From Candidatus Borrarchaeum weybense (GTDB taxonomy: Archaea; Asgardarchaeota; Sifarchaeia; Borrarchaeales; Borrarchaeaceae): a DNA stretch of 64,000 nt. Positions within the stretch are counted from its first letter, which is position 1. Each line of letters opens with the position of its first letter. The stretch is taken from NCBI GenBank assembly GCA_019057385.1, contig JAHQJS010000006.1:1-64000 (forward strand). Direction: 5' to 3'. Below, in pieces: positions 28,773-39,716 of this stretch. The translations under genes and the position numbers were made by a program. Below the pieces are notes generated by a model. It was not told where the DNA came from. It searched no databases and saw only the letters and a program-made list of their open reading frames with translations.

Positions 28773-30575
28773 ATGTCTTGGGTAACTCATCTGACAATTC
28801 CATTTCTTCTCATTAGCATTGCCATTGCGTATTTTATTTTCATATTAATAAAAAATCCAATTATTTCCAAATCTTTTCTCTATACATCTTTTTTGATTCT
28901 ATGTGTTTCAAGCTTGCTCTCAACTTTATATGATTTCTGGATAGTATTTCATTGGAGTGCCGACACATGGGTTCATTTAACTCTAATTAATGAGACAATA
29001 AATATTGGGTTATTTCCTGGCAATCCTTTTTTTCAAAATCAGCCGACTATAATAAATTACTCAGTTATTCATTTAATTTGTGCAGAGATTTACTTCTTTT
29101 TCGAAATTCCACCCCACCTCCTTTTAATTCCGTTAGCACTCCTCGCAGTGCTATTAAGAATTCTTTTTGTATTTGTGTGGATTCGCTATTTATTAAGAAG
29201 TGAAAAATTAGCATTATTAGCTATTTCTATATATGTGATCTCCAGCGGTTCTTTCTTTAGCCCTACGTTTCATTTCCTATGGTATCCTTTTAGTCTAGGA
29301 ATAACTATTTCTAATTTGATTTTTCTTTTTATGTTAAAATCCCTTAAGGAAGATAAACTAAAATACGCGTTTATTTGTGCTTTATTTCTCTCAATCGCAA
29401 TAATGCTTCATATAATTGTCGGAGTATTCTTGTTCTTAGCCATCCTTGGTTTTCTATTTTTTTATGTAATTTTAAAAGGAGTTTCTCTAAAAAGCACTTA
29501 CTACATTATTGTGATTTTCATAGTGGGGATAGGGCTTGCGTTACTTTGGTATAGTTGGCTTATTCCTTCGTATCTTGTTAAAACTTCGCTTTCTCAACTA
29601 ACAACACCAAATCTCCCCCCTAATCAAGCCCTAAACTCGAATATCTTTAGGTTAGATCAACGCTACATAACTATTACTCGATTTGGGATAGTCAATCCGG
29701 GATACGTGCTTCTCTACGTTTTTAGTAATAATTTAGTGTTAATTGGATTAGTAGTATTAGGCTTCTATAAGTTCTTCCGAAATTTTAACATATATCAGGC
29801 TACGCAACGCGAAGTGTATTTAATGTCTAGCACAATACTACCCGTAGTCATGTCGTTTATTCCTCCACTATTTTATTTCCTCAACAGATTGCTTAAGGGA
29901 TCGATAGTCAGAATTATGATACTTTTGCCACAATTATTCTTTGCTACGATTGGTTTTGAGTGGTTATGCAGAGTTGTATTCAGAAAATTTTCGCATCATG
30001 ACTTCAATCCAAAATTCAAGAATGTCTCACGAAATCTCAGTCTCTTTCTTATGATTTTCTTGATTATTGGTATTTCTTCTTACCCAAAATATGATTATTA
30101 TCTCCATAGAGACACAGAGAGAGAGTCAACTCCACTAGTTCTTGATTGGGCATCCGATTTCACATGGTTGAAAGAACATTCTGCCAAAGACTCTATTGTC
30201 CTTTCAGACCCTTGGACATCATATTTCATACCCTATTTCGCTGAAAGGAAGATAGTTGCTACGCATCAAAGTCATGCAACCTCGTTCTCAATTTCAACTG
30301 GAGAAAGAATTTCAGATGTTGTATTGGTGCTAAATGCATCTACGTCCTTACGTGAAACGCTAACTATTATTAAAAAGTACAATGTATCCTATATACTCCT
30401 CAATTTACGACCTTACTTTAATTACAGGTATTCAAATTATAGACCGCATATAGAAAATTATTACTCTTTAGAGACCCCCCTAAAATTTTGTTCGTCATCA
30501 ACTTTTTTTAAGAAGGTCTATTACTTTGATGGAGTTTGGGTTTTTGAAGTTATGAGAAGTGACGTATCTAATTAA
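28773..30575 (+). CDS. GT-C-like multi-pass membrane glycosyltransferase
   Basis: About 12 TM helices, ADTWVH loop, C-terminal WLKEH....IVLSDP...IIKKYNVSYI soluble domain. Confidence 0.65.
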   Translation: MSWVTHLTIPFLLISIAIAYFIFILIKNPIISKSFLYTSFLILCVSSLLSTLYDFWIVFHWSADTWVHLTLINETINIGLFPGNPFFQNQPTIINYSVIHLICAEIYFFFEIPPHLLLIPLALLAVLLRILFVFVWIRYLLRSEKLALLAISIYVISSGSFFSPTFHFLWYPFSLGITISNLIFLFMLKSLKEDKLKYAFICALFLSIAIMLHIIVGVFLFLAILGFLFFYVILKGVSLKSTYYIIVIFIVGIGLALLWYSWLIPSYLVKTSLSQLTTPNLPPNQALNSNIFRLDQRYITITRFGIVNPGYVLLYVFSNNLVLIGLVVLGFYKFFRNFNIYQATQREVYLMSSTILPVVMSFIPPLFYFLNRLLKGSIVRIMILLPQLFFATIGFEWLCRVVFRKFSHHDFNPKFKNVSRNLSLFLMIFLIIGISSYPKYDYYLHRDTERESTPLVLDWASDFTWLKEHSAKDSIVLSDPWTSYFIPYFAERKIVATHQSHATSFSISTGERISDVVLVLNASTSLRETLTIIKKYNVSYILLNLRPYFNYRYSNYRPHIENYYSLETPLKFCSSSTFFKKVYYFDGVWVFEVMRSDVSN

Positions 30576-30710
30576 TAGAAAAGATAAAACTCATCAAAAA
30601 TGCCCTTTAAAAGCTATAACGGGAATAAATTGGAGACTAAGTTCTCTAATTTAATAAATAATTGTAATCCAAAGTGTAATACCAAAATCAGCCCATAAAA
30701 ACAAAAACTA

Positions 30711-31871
30711 TCAATCGATTATGCTTTTATAAATCTCTATTATTCTGTTAGCAACTATATCCCAACTAAAATTTGCTTCAATTCTTTCTCTTGCTTTAAT
30801 CCCCATAGAAGTTATTTTTCTATTATCCTTTAAAAGAGTAATTATCGTATTAGCTAATATTTCTGAGTTTCTTGGAGGGACTAATATCCCTGTTTGATTT
30901 TCTATTATAACATCTGGCATCCCTCCGACTTTACTAGCGACAACAGGAACGCCACATGCCATAGCTTCTAAAACCGCCACTGATAGTCCTTCTGATAAAG
31001 ATGGAAGCACAAATAGACTACTTTCTTTTAGATTCTTATTGATAATTGTATGGGATTTTTTCCCTTCAAAAATAATATTTTCATCTAAGCTATATACTTT
31101 CGTTAATTGTGTTAATGATTCTTTTAGGTATCCTTCTCCAATGATAGTCAAAAATACTTGAGGTAACGCTTCTTTGATATATTTCATTGCCTCAATTAAA
31201 TACCTAAGTCCCTTAACTGGAATTAACCTTCCAACAAACAAGAGTCGATTTTTATTTGATTTTTCTAAGTTAATATCAAACTTATCTATATCAACCCCAT
31301 TAGGAATTACAAGAATCTTTTCTGCAGGAATCCCAAGCTTGATAATCCTTGATTTAAGATCTTTACTTACCGAAATTAGCAAATCCACGCTTTTCAAAGA
31401 AAAAATACTTATTCTTCTAATTGGTCCTTTTGCAGGTATCTTGTTGATGTCACTTCCATGGGTAGTTAATATAACAAAATGTTTTCTGATCTTCTTTATT
31501 AGAACAGCAACTAATCCGGCTAGAATCCAATGTGCATGAATTAAAGCATAATTTGTCGAAATTCTGAGACATTTAGTAAAAAAAGAAAAAAATAAGAACG
31601 GTATTTGAATTTGTGAAAAAAGGCTCTTTTTTATATTTGGGAGGATCCCCTCTCCTCCCGTTAAGTTTTGAAATCTTGGGGGATACATATATTTGAATCT
31701 AGTGACATCTATTCCCTTAATGTATTCCTGTTCTTTAGAATTAAAAATATGTGGAGTTAATGCTTTAACGTATACTCCCTTTTCCACTAACTTTTTTGCC
31801 AGTTCATAGGTTGGTCCTATTAGATTATTTTCGCTTTCAGGAAATGTCGTTGTTAGCATCAAAACTTTCAT
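30711..31871 (-). CDS. GT4 glycosyltransferase
   Basis: MKVLMLTTTFP start (31871, avoids overlap with the upstream gene), HAHW, THGSD, PNGVD, EGLSVAVLEAMA. Confidence 0.92.
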   Translation of the reverse strand: MKVLMLTTTFPESENNLIGPTYELAKKLVEKGVYVKALTPHIFNSKEQEYIKGIDVTRFKYMYPPRFQNLTGGEGILPNIKKSLFSQIQIPFLFFSFFTKCLRISTNYALIHAHWILAGLVAVLIKKIRKHFVILTTHGSDINKIPAKGPIRRISIFSLKSVDLLISVSKDLKSRIIKLGIPAEKILVIPNGVDIDKFDINLEKSNKNRLLFVGRLIPVKGLRYLIEAMKYIKEALPQVFLTIIGEGYLKESLTQLTKVYSLDENIIFEGKKSHTIINKNLKESSLFVLPSLSEGLSVAVLEAMACGVPVVASKVGGMPDVIIENQTGILVPPRNSEILANTIITLLKDNRKITSMGIKARERIEANFSWDIVANRIIEIYKSIID

Positions 31872-31875
31872 TTTC

Positions 31876-33042
31876 TCAGTTTCCTTCTCTACGCGTTTTC
31901 CATAATTCCCTAATTCCTGCAAAAATAAACGCAATACTTGGTATAGGATCCTCAAGAGAAAGTGTATCATAATACAAGTTCTGTTCCTTAAAACGGATAA
32001 GTTCTCTTAAAAAAGTGAAATCTGTTGAGCCCTTAGCAAGGGCATGAATTGCACGTAAGTCATTTAATAGCCATCTTGCTTTTATACCACATTTATAATT
32101 CAATACCGGTTCAATGTCACCTTCGACAGCCATCTTATACAATAAAAATGGAAAGTCCACGCCAGAATAAATTGCTAGTGGTAGCGATCCCCAAAATCTG
32201 GGATTTACCTCAATTAAAACAGGCGTTTTATCTCTTTTATCAACTTTAAATTCTACCATTGCGACTCCATGCCACTCTAAGTACCTAAGTAGTTCGATTG
32301 CTATTTTTTCCATTTTTGGATTTCTTACACTCTCTCTTAATGTACTTGGGCCTCCAGTTATGGGATATTGTCTTAAACGCTTATGTGTGAAAAAAGCTCG
32401 TAGATCTCCTCTATTAAATAATAATGAGACACCATAACTAATCCCTGGGATATACGCTTGAATTAGAGGATAATTATTTGATTTAAGATTAAATTTTGCG
32501 ATTGTTTCTTTATATTTAGTGATCAATTCGTTTTTTGATAACGCATATGAAAGACCGATACTTCCTACGCCCTCTTTTAATTTTATAACAACAGGATAGT
32601 CTATCGTATCAGCGATTTTCCGAAGTTGTTCGATTTTCTTTATAATATGTGTTTTTGGAATACGGATTTGTAATTCATTAGCAATTTTTGATAACTCTTC
32701 TTTATTGTGAGCTTTCATAATCGCTTTATAATCGTGAAAGGGCACTTTGATAAATTGAATTAATTTTTCTTTGTATTTTACAATTGTATACGTTTCTGGA
32801 GAATTAAAAGGTAATATTACTTCATGTTTATCAGTTTTAATAACCTTAATAATTGTTTTAATGAACTGGATTGGGTTTTTATTAGCTGAGGGGTAAAGAA
32901 AATGCTTTTTTGAATACTTTGAAAAAAAGGCTGGAGCAAACTTCTCATCACTTGATGTTGTAACGTAAATTCCCTTTCTACCGAAATTTCGGATGGATGC
33001 AATAGTTTTTGGACTATTACCACTGAGTATCAAAACACTCAA
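31876..33042 (-). CDS. ATP-grasp carboxylate-amine ligase (glycan modification)
   Basis: PKT, YPVVIK, LIQ.YIPG, R.RQYP..GG.ST, WHGVAMVEFK.D, LIEVNPRFWGS. Confidence 0.85.
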   Translation of the reverse strand: MSVLILSGNSPKTIASIRNFGRKGIYVTTSSDEKFAPAFFSKYSKKHFLYPSANKNPIQFIKTIIKVIKTDKHEVILPFNSPETYTIVKYKEKLIQFIKVPFHDYKAIMKAHNKEELSKIANELQIRIPKTHIIKKIEQLRKIADTIDYPVVIKLKEGVGSIGLSYALSKNELITKYKETIAKFNLKSNNYPLIQAYIPGISYGVSLLFNRGDLRAFFTHKRLRQYPITGGPSTLRESVRNPKMEKIAIELLRYLEWHGVAMVEFKVDKRDKTPVLIEVNPRFWGSLPLAIYSGVDFPFLLYKMAVEGDIEPVLNYKCGIKARWLLNDLRAIHALAKGSTDFTFLRELIRFKEQNLYYDTLSLEDPIPSIAFIFAGIRELWKTRREGN

Positions 33043-33046
33043 TGTA

Positions 33047-33646
33047 TCACCTATTAGATAACTCTCTTATATTATCCATTCTATTATTCTTTTGAAAAAT
33101 GAATAGCTTAAAACATGAAGAAACAATGTTTTTAGTTTTAATAAGCAGTGTATTACTCGCAATTTTCATTAATTCTTGTCCATTGAATGCACAATGTAAT
33201 TTTCTTTGTTCATTTAATAAGAGACCGAAGAGACCTAGTATTTTCCAGAATAATCCGTCAGCTATTGATATAAGAAGATGTCCGCTCGGTTGCAGTACTT
33301 TCATACATGATTGAAATACTTTCATGGGATCGGAAGTATGTTCAATTACTCCTAACAGATATATTGAATCAAAAGTATTTGCTTTATATGGCAAATACGT
33401 AGCATCGCATATCTGAAAATTATTGCTTGAAAACTTAGGCTTACCTTTAATATCACATAAATATATTTCTTTAACGTGTGGTTGTAGAATTTTATAAAGA
33501 ATTCCGCTTCCACACCCTACGTCTAAGACTATCTTGTTTTGATAATAACTCTTCATTTTTCGTATAGCCATTAGTTGTTTTTGCGCATAATATTTTGTGA
33601 ATAAGGTTCTTTGCGAATGAATATAAAGATTAATTGAACTAGCCAT
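33047..33646 (-). CDS. Class I SAM-dependent methyltransferase
   Basis: VLDVGCGSG, DATYLPY...FD, VIEH. Confidence 0.85.
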   Translation of the reverse strand: MASSINLYIHSQRTLFTKYYAQKQLMAIRKMKSYYQNKIVLDVGCGSGILYKILQPHVKEIYLCDIKGKPKFSSNNFQICDATYLPYKANTFDSIYLLGVIEHTSDPMKVFQSCMKVLQPSGHLLISIADGLFWKILGLFGLLLNEQRKLHCAFNGQELMKIASNTLLIKTKNIVSSCFKLFIFQKNNRMDNIRELSNR

Positions 33647-33930
33647 CTAACAGACACCCGGCTATAATATGCATTCTAAACTTTGGTATAAACTCTATAT
33701 CTTCTAAAATCCCTTTTTCTTCATTATTTAGAACGATAAACAAACAATTCGGTAATTAGGTAGTCTCCGTGAATATACATGAATATATTGAAAACGTTTC
33801 TTTTAATTAATGAATGCAAAACTGTACATATCCTTTATTATAATTAAAATCGATTCTGTTTTCGTTCACATAGGTATTTCAAGCATTATATCTTTGTTAT
33901 AAAATTCATATAAACGAAAGTGAAGATTAA

Positions 33931-35280
33931 ATGCCAATAGAATTTAAGATTAGTAGTAACAAACTATTCTTATTGGCGAACCAGCTTTTAAAAGACTACA
34001 AGAATGATGTGGATTCATTAACTCTGAGTTTTGGGAATGATGGAGATATCTCATTATGTCGAGGTAAGGTTCCCTATAATGATTTCATAGAATTTGAACA
34101 TCATCCAATCACAGAGTTATTATTCAAACGAGAAATTACCAAGAAAATCAAAGTAAACACCTTAGTCGAGAAAAACAGATTGAGAGGCGAATATATAGCA
34201 AAATTTTCTGATGGGACTCCTGCGATTTCAATAAAGGGAAATCGAATATTTTTCAACTTTAATATATTGGAAGCCATTTATAATGAGTTAATGGAAAATT
34301 CGGTGCAAAAGGATGTCACTTACAAAAAAATTTTAATGACAAAGATCTACTGGGCGTTCCCTAAAGTATTTAGAAGACAAGTTAGAAAAGCGTACCGTAA
34401 AAGAAAAACTCATCTTAGACCACCCCCCATGTTTTTTATTGGCACAACAGCAAATATTTTGATTTATTTGCTCGAAAAAATGATCGAAGAACTTACTGGA
34501 AAAACTAGAGTATACCGACCTACTTGTATTATATCACATGATGTTGATTTGAATTACTGTCAAACAAAAGGCGTTGATATTCTATTTGATATCGAAAAGA
34601 AAAACCATGTGTCTTCAACATGGTTTTTTACACCTCATCATAAAGACTTTCCCCTAAATTGTAAAAGGGTTAAGTATCTCTTTAATAACGGCTTTGAGAT
34701 TGGTGTTCATGGATATACCCACGATGGATTATTAGATAAAATTAGTCCAGATAAGAGGAAAAAGCGATTAAAATTTGCTTTAAAAGAACTTAGCGCGTGT
34801 AAAATTGAAACTTTTGGTTTTAGAAGTCCCTGGATGCTAAGAACAAATGATTTATGGCAATTAATCGATAATATAGGTTATATTTACGATTCTAGTTATC
34901 CTGATAAGGATACATTGTCACTTACGGGATTACCTGGTGTTAATTTCAATCGTCCATTTCACCCCATCATAAATGTCCAAAATTGCTGGCGACAATTAAA
35001 CTTAATAGAATTTCCAGTGAGTTATCCCCAAGATGTCCAAATCTTGGAAGATTACAACTTAGAGGATTCCGAAGCATTCGCATACTGGAAGACCAAGATT
35101 GATTTTATTAAAGACTTCCATGGATTTTTTATATGGCATACTCATCCAATTCAAATAAATAGTCGATTAAAGTTATTTCAAAAAACAATTGATTATTTGA
35201 AAAGAGAAAAATTCTTCTTTTCATCCTTTAAAGATGAAAGTTTAGCATTGCTAAAAACGAAAAAAGAGGAAACCACATAA
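33931..35280 (+). CDS. Polysaccharide deacetylase (NodB/CE4-like)
   Basis: ISHDVD, STWFF, EIGVHGYTH, GFRSP, YDSS, HTHP. Confidence 0.85.
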   Translation: MPIEFKISSNKLFLLANQLLKDYKNDVDSLTLSFGNDGDISLCRGKVPYNDFIEFEHHPITELLFKREITKKIKVNTLVEKNRLRGEYIAKFSDGTPAISIKGNRIFFNFNILEAIYNELMENSVQKDVTYKKILMTKIYWAFPKVFRRQVRKAYRKRKTHLRPPPMFFIGTTANILIYLLEKMIEELTGKTRVYRPTCIISHDVDLNYCQTKGVDILFDIEKKNHVSSTWFFTPHHKDFPLNCKRVKYLFNNGFEIGVHGYTHDGLLDKISPDKRKKRLKFALKELSACKIETFGFRSPWMLRTNDLWQLIDNIGYIYDSSYPDKDTLSLTGLPGVNFNRPFHPIINVQNCWRQLNLIEFPVSYPQDVQILEDYNLEDSEAFAYWKTKIDFIKDFHGFFIWHTHPIQINSRLKLFQKTIDYLKREKFFFSSFKDESLALLKTKKEETT

Positions 35281-35358
35281 ACTCAAAAAGTAGAACCTTA
35301 AATGATGCCTTAATTCACAGGAAGAAAGTCATTTCACATTTCGGTCTACTGTAAAGCT

Positions 35359-36567
35359 GTGGTGCTTTCTTGCTCTATAGGTGTAAGAAAAGTTAAGGTA
35401 TTTAAAATGGAAGAAAAAAGACCTATTGCAGCATTGATTTCCTATTACCAGGCTTCAGAATATGGAGGTTTTTACAAATATGTTCACCAATTAATAGAAA
35501 GTATAGCAGAGTGCGGAGTTAAAGTTCATCTTGTAGTTAAGAGAGACAAGAACCTCTCAAAATTAGAAAAATTACCTAATATTTTCATTCATTACATTAA
35601 CACTCATAGAAAAGCTCTATTCGCGTTATATAGCATATTTATGATTATTAAAATAACAATTAAGTTCAGAATTCAGATTTTTCATTCTCATGGAGTGGAT
35701 GAAGGCGTTCTTAACAATATAATAAAGTCTGTTTTTCGAAGAAAGCAGATAGTTTCCATTCGTGTCAATTGGTGGACTTGGTTAAAAGTTAGAAAAGAGA
35801 ATTCAAAGCGTATTGGTCGACTAATATTTAGTCTCTATTTAATAATTTCTCCCATTCTTATTAGAAGAGCAGACGCCCTTATAATTACTAATAAATACCT
35901 TCAAAAGACAACATCGAAGATCTCTAAAGGAAAACCTGCATTATTAAAATATAATACCATAAAGACAGATATGTTTGATCCTGATCAAATTGCTACTAGT
36001 TTAAAGAATGATATTTCAGTAACTGGCTATGTAGTCATGTATGTTGGACGATTGCTTCCATATAAGGGTGCAGAATATCTGATAAAGGCAATAACTTATG
36101 TAAAAGAAATCCATCCAGATGTCCTACTCATTTTAATAGGCGATGGTTCTCAAAAGATCTTTTTAGAAAGGCTAGTAGAACAAGAAAAACTACTAAAAAA
36201 TGTTCTATTTGCTGGTTATCAAAGAAATATTGCTGAATGGTTGAGCATAACAGATGTTTTTGTACTCCCCTCTCTTACTGAGGGCTCATCAAATGCTCTT
36301 CTAGAAGCAATGAGTATGCGTCTCCCTGTAATAGCAACAAGAGTAGGTAGTGCTCCTGATATAATTAAGCATTTACAAAATGGGCTTCTTGTTGAACCTA
36401 AAAATGCAAAACAAATTGCAGAATACATAAATATCCTGCTAGAAAATAGAGTTCTTGCAAATAAAATTGGAAAGAATGCAAGGAATACTGTAATTAAAAA
36501 TTTCAGCCAATTTGCAGTCTGTGATATACTCGCTTTTTATGACAAATTACTTGGGTTTGATAAATGA
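35359..36567 (+). CDS. GT4 glycosyltransferase
   Basis: YVGRL.PYKG, DVFVLPSLTEGSSNALLEAM; start may be MEEK (35407). Confidence 0.9.
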   Translation: MVLSCSIGVRKVKVFKMEEKRPIAALISYYQASEYGGFYKYVHQLIESIAECGVKVHLVVKRDKNLSKLEKLPNIFIHYINTHRKALFALYSIFMIIKITIKFRIQIFHSHGVDEGVLNNIIKSVFRRKQIVSIRVNWWTWLKVRKENSKRIGRLIFSLYLIISPILIRRADALIITNKYLQKTTSKISKGKPALLKYNTIKTDMFDPDQIATSLKNDISVTGYVVMYVGRLLPYKGAEYLIKAITYVKEIHPDVLLILIGDGSQKIFLERLVEQEKLLKNVLFAGYQRNIAEWLSITDVFVLPSLTEGSSNALLEAMSMRLPVIATRVGSAPDIIKHLQNGLLVEPKNAKQIAEYINILLENRVLANKIGKNARNTVIKNFSQFAVCDILAFYDKLLGFDK

Positions 36568-36660
36568 CCGAACTTTTCAGAACTATAGAACTACCTTTTA
36601 TGATTTTCTATTTATATAGTCGTGCATTTAGATAATTTTATGTGAAAAGAGGTCCAACAG

Positions 36661-37842
36661 ATGAATGTCTCACGGAAACTATCCAAGAGATCTCATAAGC
36701 ACGCTTTTAGAATTTTATTCATTGCCCCTCGATTTTATCCTTTTTGCTCTGGAGGGACTGAGATCGCTTCATATAATTTAACCGAAGAACTAATTAAAAA
36801 GGGAAATAAGGTGTTTGTAATAACTTCAAAAAAAGATAAGAACGTTATTGAAACACCTCCTATCTCTTCACAGGTTTATCTTATTAATACGACAAATATT
36901 CCTTTACTAAGAGGAGTTATTTTTATCATTAAACTGTTTAATCACATGCTTGCATTGAAGGATAAAATAGATCTCATACACGCACAAACAGTTAATATGG
37001 GCTTCATTGCAGGCATATTTGGAAAAGTTATAAACAGGCCAGTAATATCATGGGCTAGAGGTGCAGATATTTACAATCATTTTGGTTCTCTTCATTTCAG
37101 ATTCATACTAAAGTGGCTTAAGAATAATGTAAGAATAATTGCCCTCACTCAAGACTTAAAGAAAAAAATGAGGCAAATTATAACACCTTCAAGAATAAAT
37201 GTAATACCTAATGGGGTACATGTCCAAAGAAAAGACTATTCTAAAGTAAAACTGATTAGAAAACTTAAGATTGATCAAGATATATTCTCAATTAAATTAA
37301 TCTTGTATGTTGGTAGATTAATTAGTTTTAAAGGACTAACTTACCTTATTAAGTCCGTTCCTCTTATTTTGGCGAAAAATCCAGAAGCATATTTCCTGAT
37401 CGTGGGTAATGGTCCTCAGAAACGGGATTTAATAAGACTATGTCGTCAATTAAATATTATGGCTCATTTTCGGTTTATTAATAACTTAACTCAAGAATGG
37501 GTTTCAAGATTTATGAACTGCGTTGACATTTTCGTATATCCTACTCTTAGGGGACAGGGAATGAGTAATGCCGTTTTAGAAGCAATGGCTTCGAAACTAC
37601 CTGTTGTGGCTACAAATGTTGGAGGTTTACCAGAAATTATTTCTAATGGAAAGAATGGGTTATTAGTACCATCAAGAGATGTTGATCGTCTTGCCTCAAC
37701 TATATCCATGTTACTTTCCAATGAAAGTTTATGCAAAAAACTAGGATTAAAAGCTAGAAAAAAGGCCATTGAAAGATATTGTTGGTCTATTATTACAGAC
37801 AAACTACTCAACGTTTATATTGATTTAATTCGAGACGATTAG
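36661..37842 (+). CDS. GT4 glycosyltransferase
   Basis: GGTE, PNGV, YVGRL..FKG, QGMSNAVLEAMA. Confidence 0.9.
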   Translation: MNVSRKLSKRSHKHAFRILFIAPRFYPFCSGGTEIASYNLTEELIKKGNKVFVITSKKDKNVIETPPISSQVYLINTTNIPLLRGVIFIIKLFNHMLALKDKIDLIHAQTVNMGFIAGIFGKVINRPVISWARGADIYNHFGSLHFRFILKWLKNNVRIIALTQDLKKKMRQIITPSRINVIPNGVHVQRKDYSKVKLIRKLKIDQDIFSIKLILYVGRLISFKGLTYLIKSVPLILAKNPEAYFLIVGNGPQKRDLIRLCRQLNIMAHFRFINNLTQEWVSRFMNCVDIFVYPTLRGQGMSNAVLEAMASKLPVVATNVGGLPEIISNGKNGLLVPSRDVDRLASTISMLLSNESLCKKLGLKARKKAIERYCWSIITDKLLNVYIDLIRDD

Positions 37843-38012
37843 AAATTTTTAATATTTTAAAAATGCTTTAAATTTTAGATTACAAGATTTTTAAGGTCTC
37901 CTTGAGTTAAAACATACAGACAACTCATTAATTATGTAATCTGTCGCACACAGAATTATTCAAAAATTCAGATAAAAACAGGAAAACAAGATCTTCTTGG
38001 AGGGTGTAACTA

Positions 38013-39695
38013 ATTAGAGAGATATACACCAAAGTCGCATTTAATCAGATTCCTCGACTTTTAAGTCTAATCGACAAAAATGAGTTTTCAAAGACTTATG
38101 GATGTTTTGACAGAGAGTACTGGCATTATAAGATACATGATTTTCCTTGTGCTCGTCTTCAGGAAGCAAGCTTAACTTTGGCTTTAATATATGCAAAAGC
38201 ATATCCCGAAAACCCCTGGTACAATAGTGATTTTATTAGAAAATTATCTATTGGCAGTATAAACTACTGGTGTAAAATGCAGCATAAAGATGGAACTTTT
38301 GATGAATGGTACCCAAATGAACACAGTCATGTAGCTACATGTTTTTCAACGTATGCCATAGCGGAAGCAATACAACTTCTCCTAAAAGAAATTTCTAAAA
38401 GCTATTTAAAGAAATTCCTCACTCATTTAAAGAGGGCAGCAAATTGGCTAGTTAAAAATAATGATTTTAGTGTAATGAATCATCAGGCAGGAAGTGCCCT
38501 CGCTCTTTTAACTATTTATGAGCTTACTAACGATAAAAAATATCTGGAATCCGCTCTTGAAAAAAACAATTTGGTTATCAAAGCACAATCAAGAGAAGGT
38601 TGGTTTTCTGAGTATGGTGCGGCAGATACTGGATATTTAACGCTTTTATTGTATTATCTAAGTATTTTTTATGAAAAAACTGGAGACACAGCATTAATAA
38701 AACCCTTAGAACAGATAATTGGATTTATTAGTTATTTTGTTCATCCCGATCTGAGTTTTGGAGGAGAATATAATAGTAGAGACACAACGTTTTATATTCC
38801 TACAGGTTTTGAGGTATTAGCCAGTGAAATACCTCTTGCAAGAAAAATTGGAGATTTGTATTTGAATGCGTTAGAAAGAGAAAAAATTCTCGCTCCATAT
38901 TCAGAAGACGATAGATATGTTTGTTATGATCTATACAGATATTTACAAGCATATGATTTTTATAAAAAAAATGGCAAAAAAGCCATTCTACCTTTTGAAA
39001 AAGAAGATAATCTCTTTAAGTTTTTTAGCGAGGCAAAGCTTCTTGTAGTAAAGATAAACGATTACTATTCTTTAATAGGAGGCTCTAAAGGTGGAATAAT
39101 CAAGATATTTGATATTCCAAAGAGAAAACTAGTGTATAGCGATTGTGGGATTATTGGAATGGATGAAACTTCAATATTTGGAATTCAGAAATTAGACTCT
39201 TCTTATGAAGTTACTATAGATTCATTAAATAAAGAATTTGAAATTCATACAAACCTAAGGAGGATTTATCAAAAATATTCAAATTTAAAAAGAAAGATTC
39301 TGTTTTATGTTTCTTTACTAATAACTGAAACCTTACAGCAAAGTAATTTTATAAAAAGTTTGATGAGAAAGCAGCTAATACATAAAAAATCAGAAAACAT
39401 AGCTACTGTTCATCGCAAGATAAGATTTGGTGATGAAACAATTGTTGTGATCGATAAAATTGCCCCGTGTAAAGATAGTAAGCCAAAAAAGTTTGGAATT
39501 TCCGAAAAATTTTCTTGGATTTTTAGCGCATCAGCAAATCAATTTGATAACTTTGATCATTTTTTTCTTAAAATCAGAAATCTTGACTCCTCTAAATTAT
39601 CTAGCCTAACTAAGGGAAGACATTATACAGTTTTAAGAGAAATTAATCCATTAAGTCAGACAATAAAATGGTCTATTGAAATCAATAATATTTGA
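38013..39695 (+). CDS. (alpha/alpha)-toroid glycan-cluster protein (heparinase/prenyltransferase-like fold); N-terminus extended to a probable ATT start
   Basis: Frame open from 38010 with IPRLLS..D....S.TYGCFDR.YWHYK..DFP upstream of the track's TTG; Q..DG.FDEWYP.E, EGWF.EYG..D.GY, GGEY.SR motifs. Confidence 0.7.
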   Translation: MREIYTKVAFNQIPRLLSLIDKNEFSKTYGCFDREYWHYKIHDFPCARLQEASLTLALIYAKAYPENPWYNSDFIRKLSIGSINYWCKMQHKDGTFDEWYPNEHSHVATCFSTYAIAEAIQLLLKEISKSYLKKFLTHLKRAANWLVKNNDFSVMNHQAGSALALLTIYELTNDKKYLESALEKNNLVIKAQSREGWFSEYGAADTGYLTLLLYYLSIFYEKTGDTALIKPLEQIIGFISYFVHPDLSFGGEYNSRDTTFYIPTGFEVLASEIPLARKIGDLYLNALEREKILAPYSEDDRYVCYDLYRYLQAYDFYKKNGKKAILPFEKEDNLFKFFSEAKLLVVKINDYYSLIGGSKGGIIKIFDIPKRKLVYSDCGIIGMDETSIFGIQKLDSSYEVTIDSLNKEFEIHTNLRRIYQKYSNLKRKILFYVSLLITETLQQSNFIKSLMRKQLIHKKSENIATVHRKIRFGDETIVVIDKIAPCKDSKPKKFGISEKFSWIFSASANQFDNFDHFFLKIRNLDSSKLSSLTKGRHYTVLREINPLSQTIKWSIEINNI

Positions 39696-39716
39696 CTTTG
39701 CTTTGGAGTACTATAA

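Noticed and set aside
31872-31970. N-terminal extension of GT4 30711-31970 in the ORF track
   Set aside because: Overlaps the ATP-grasp gene; MKVLML at 31871 is the typical GT4 start
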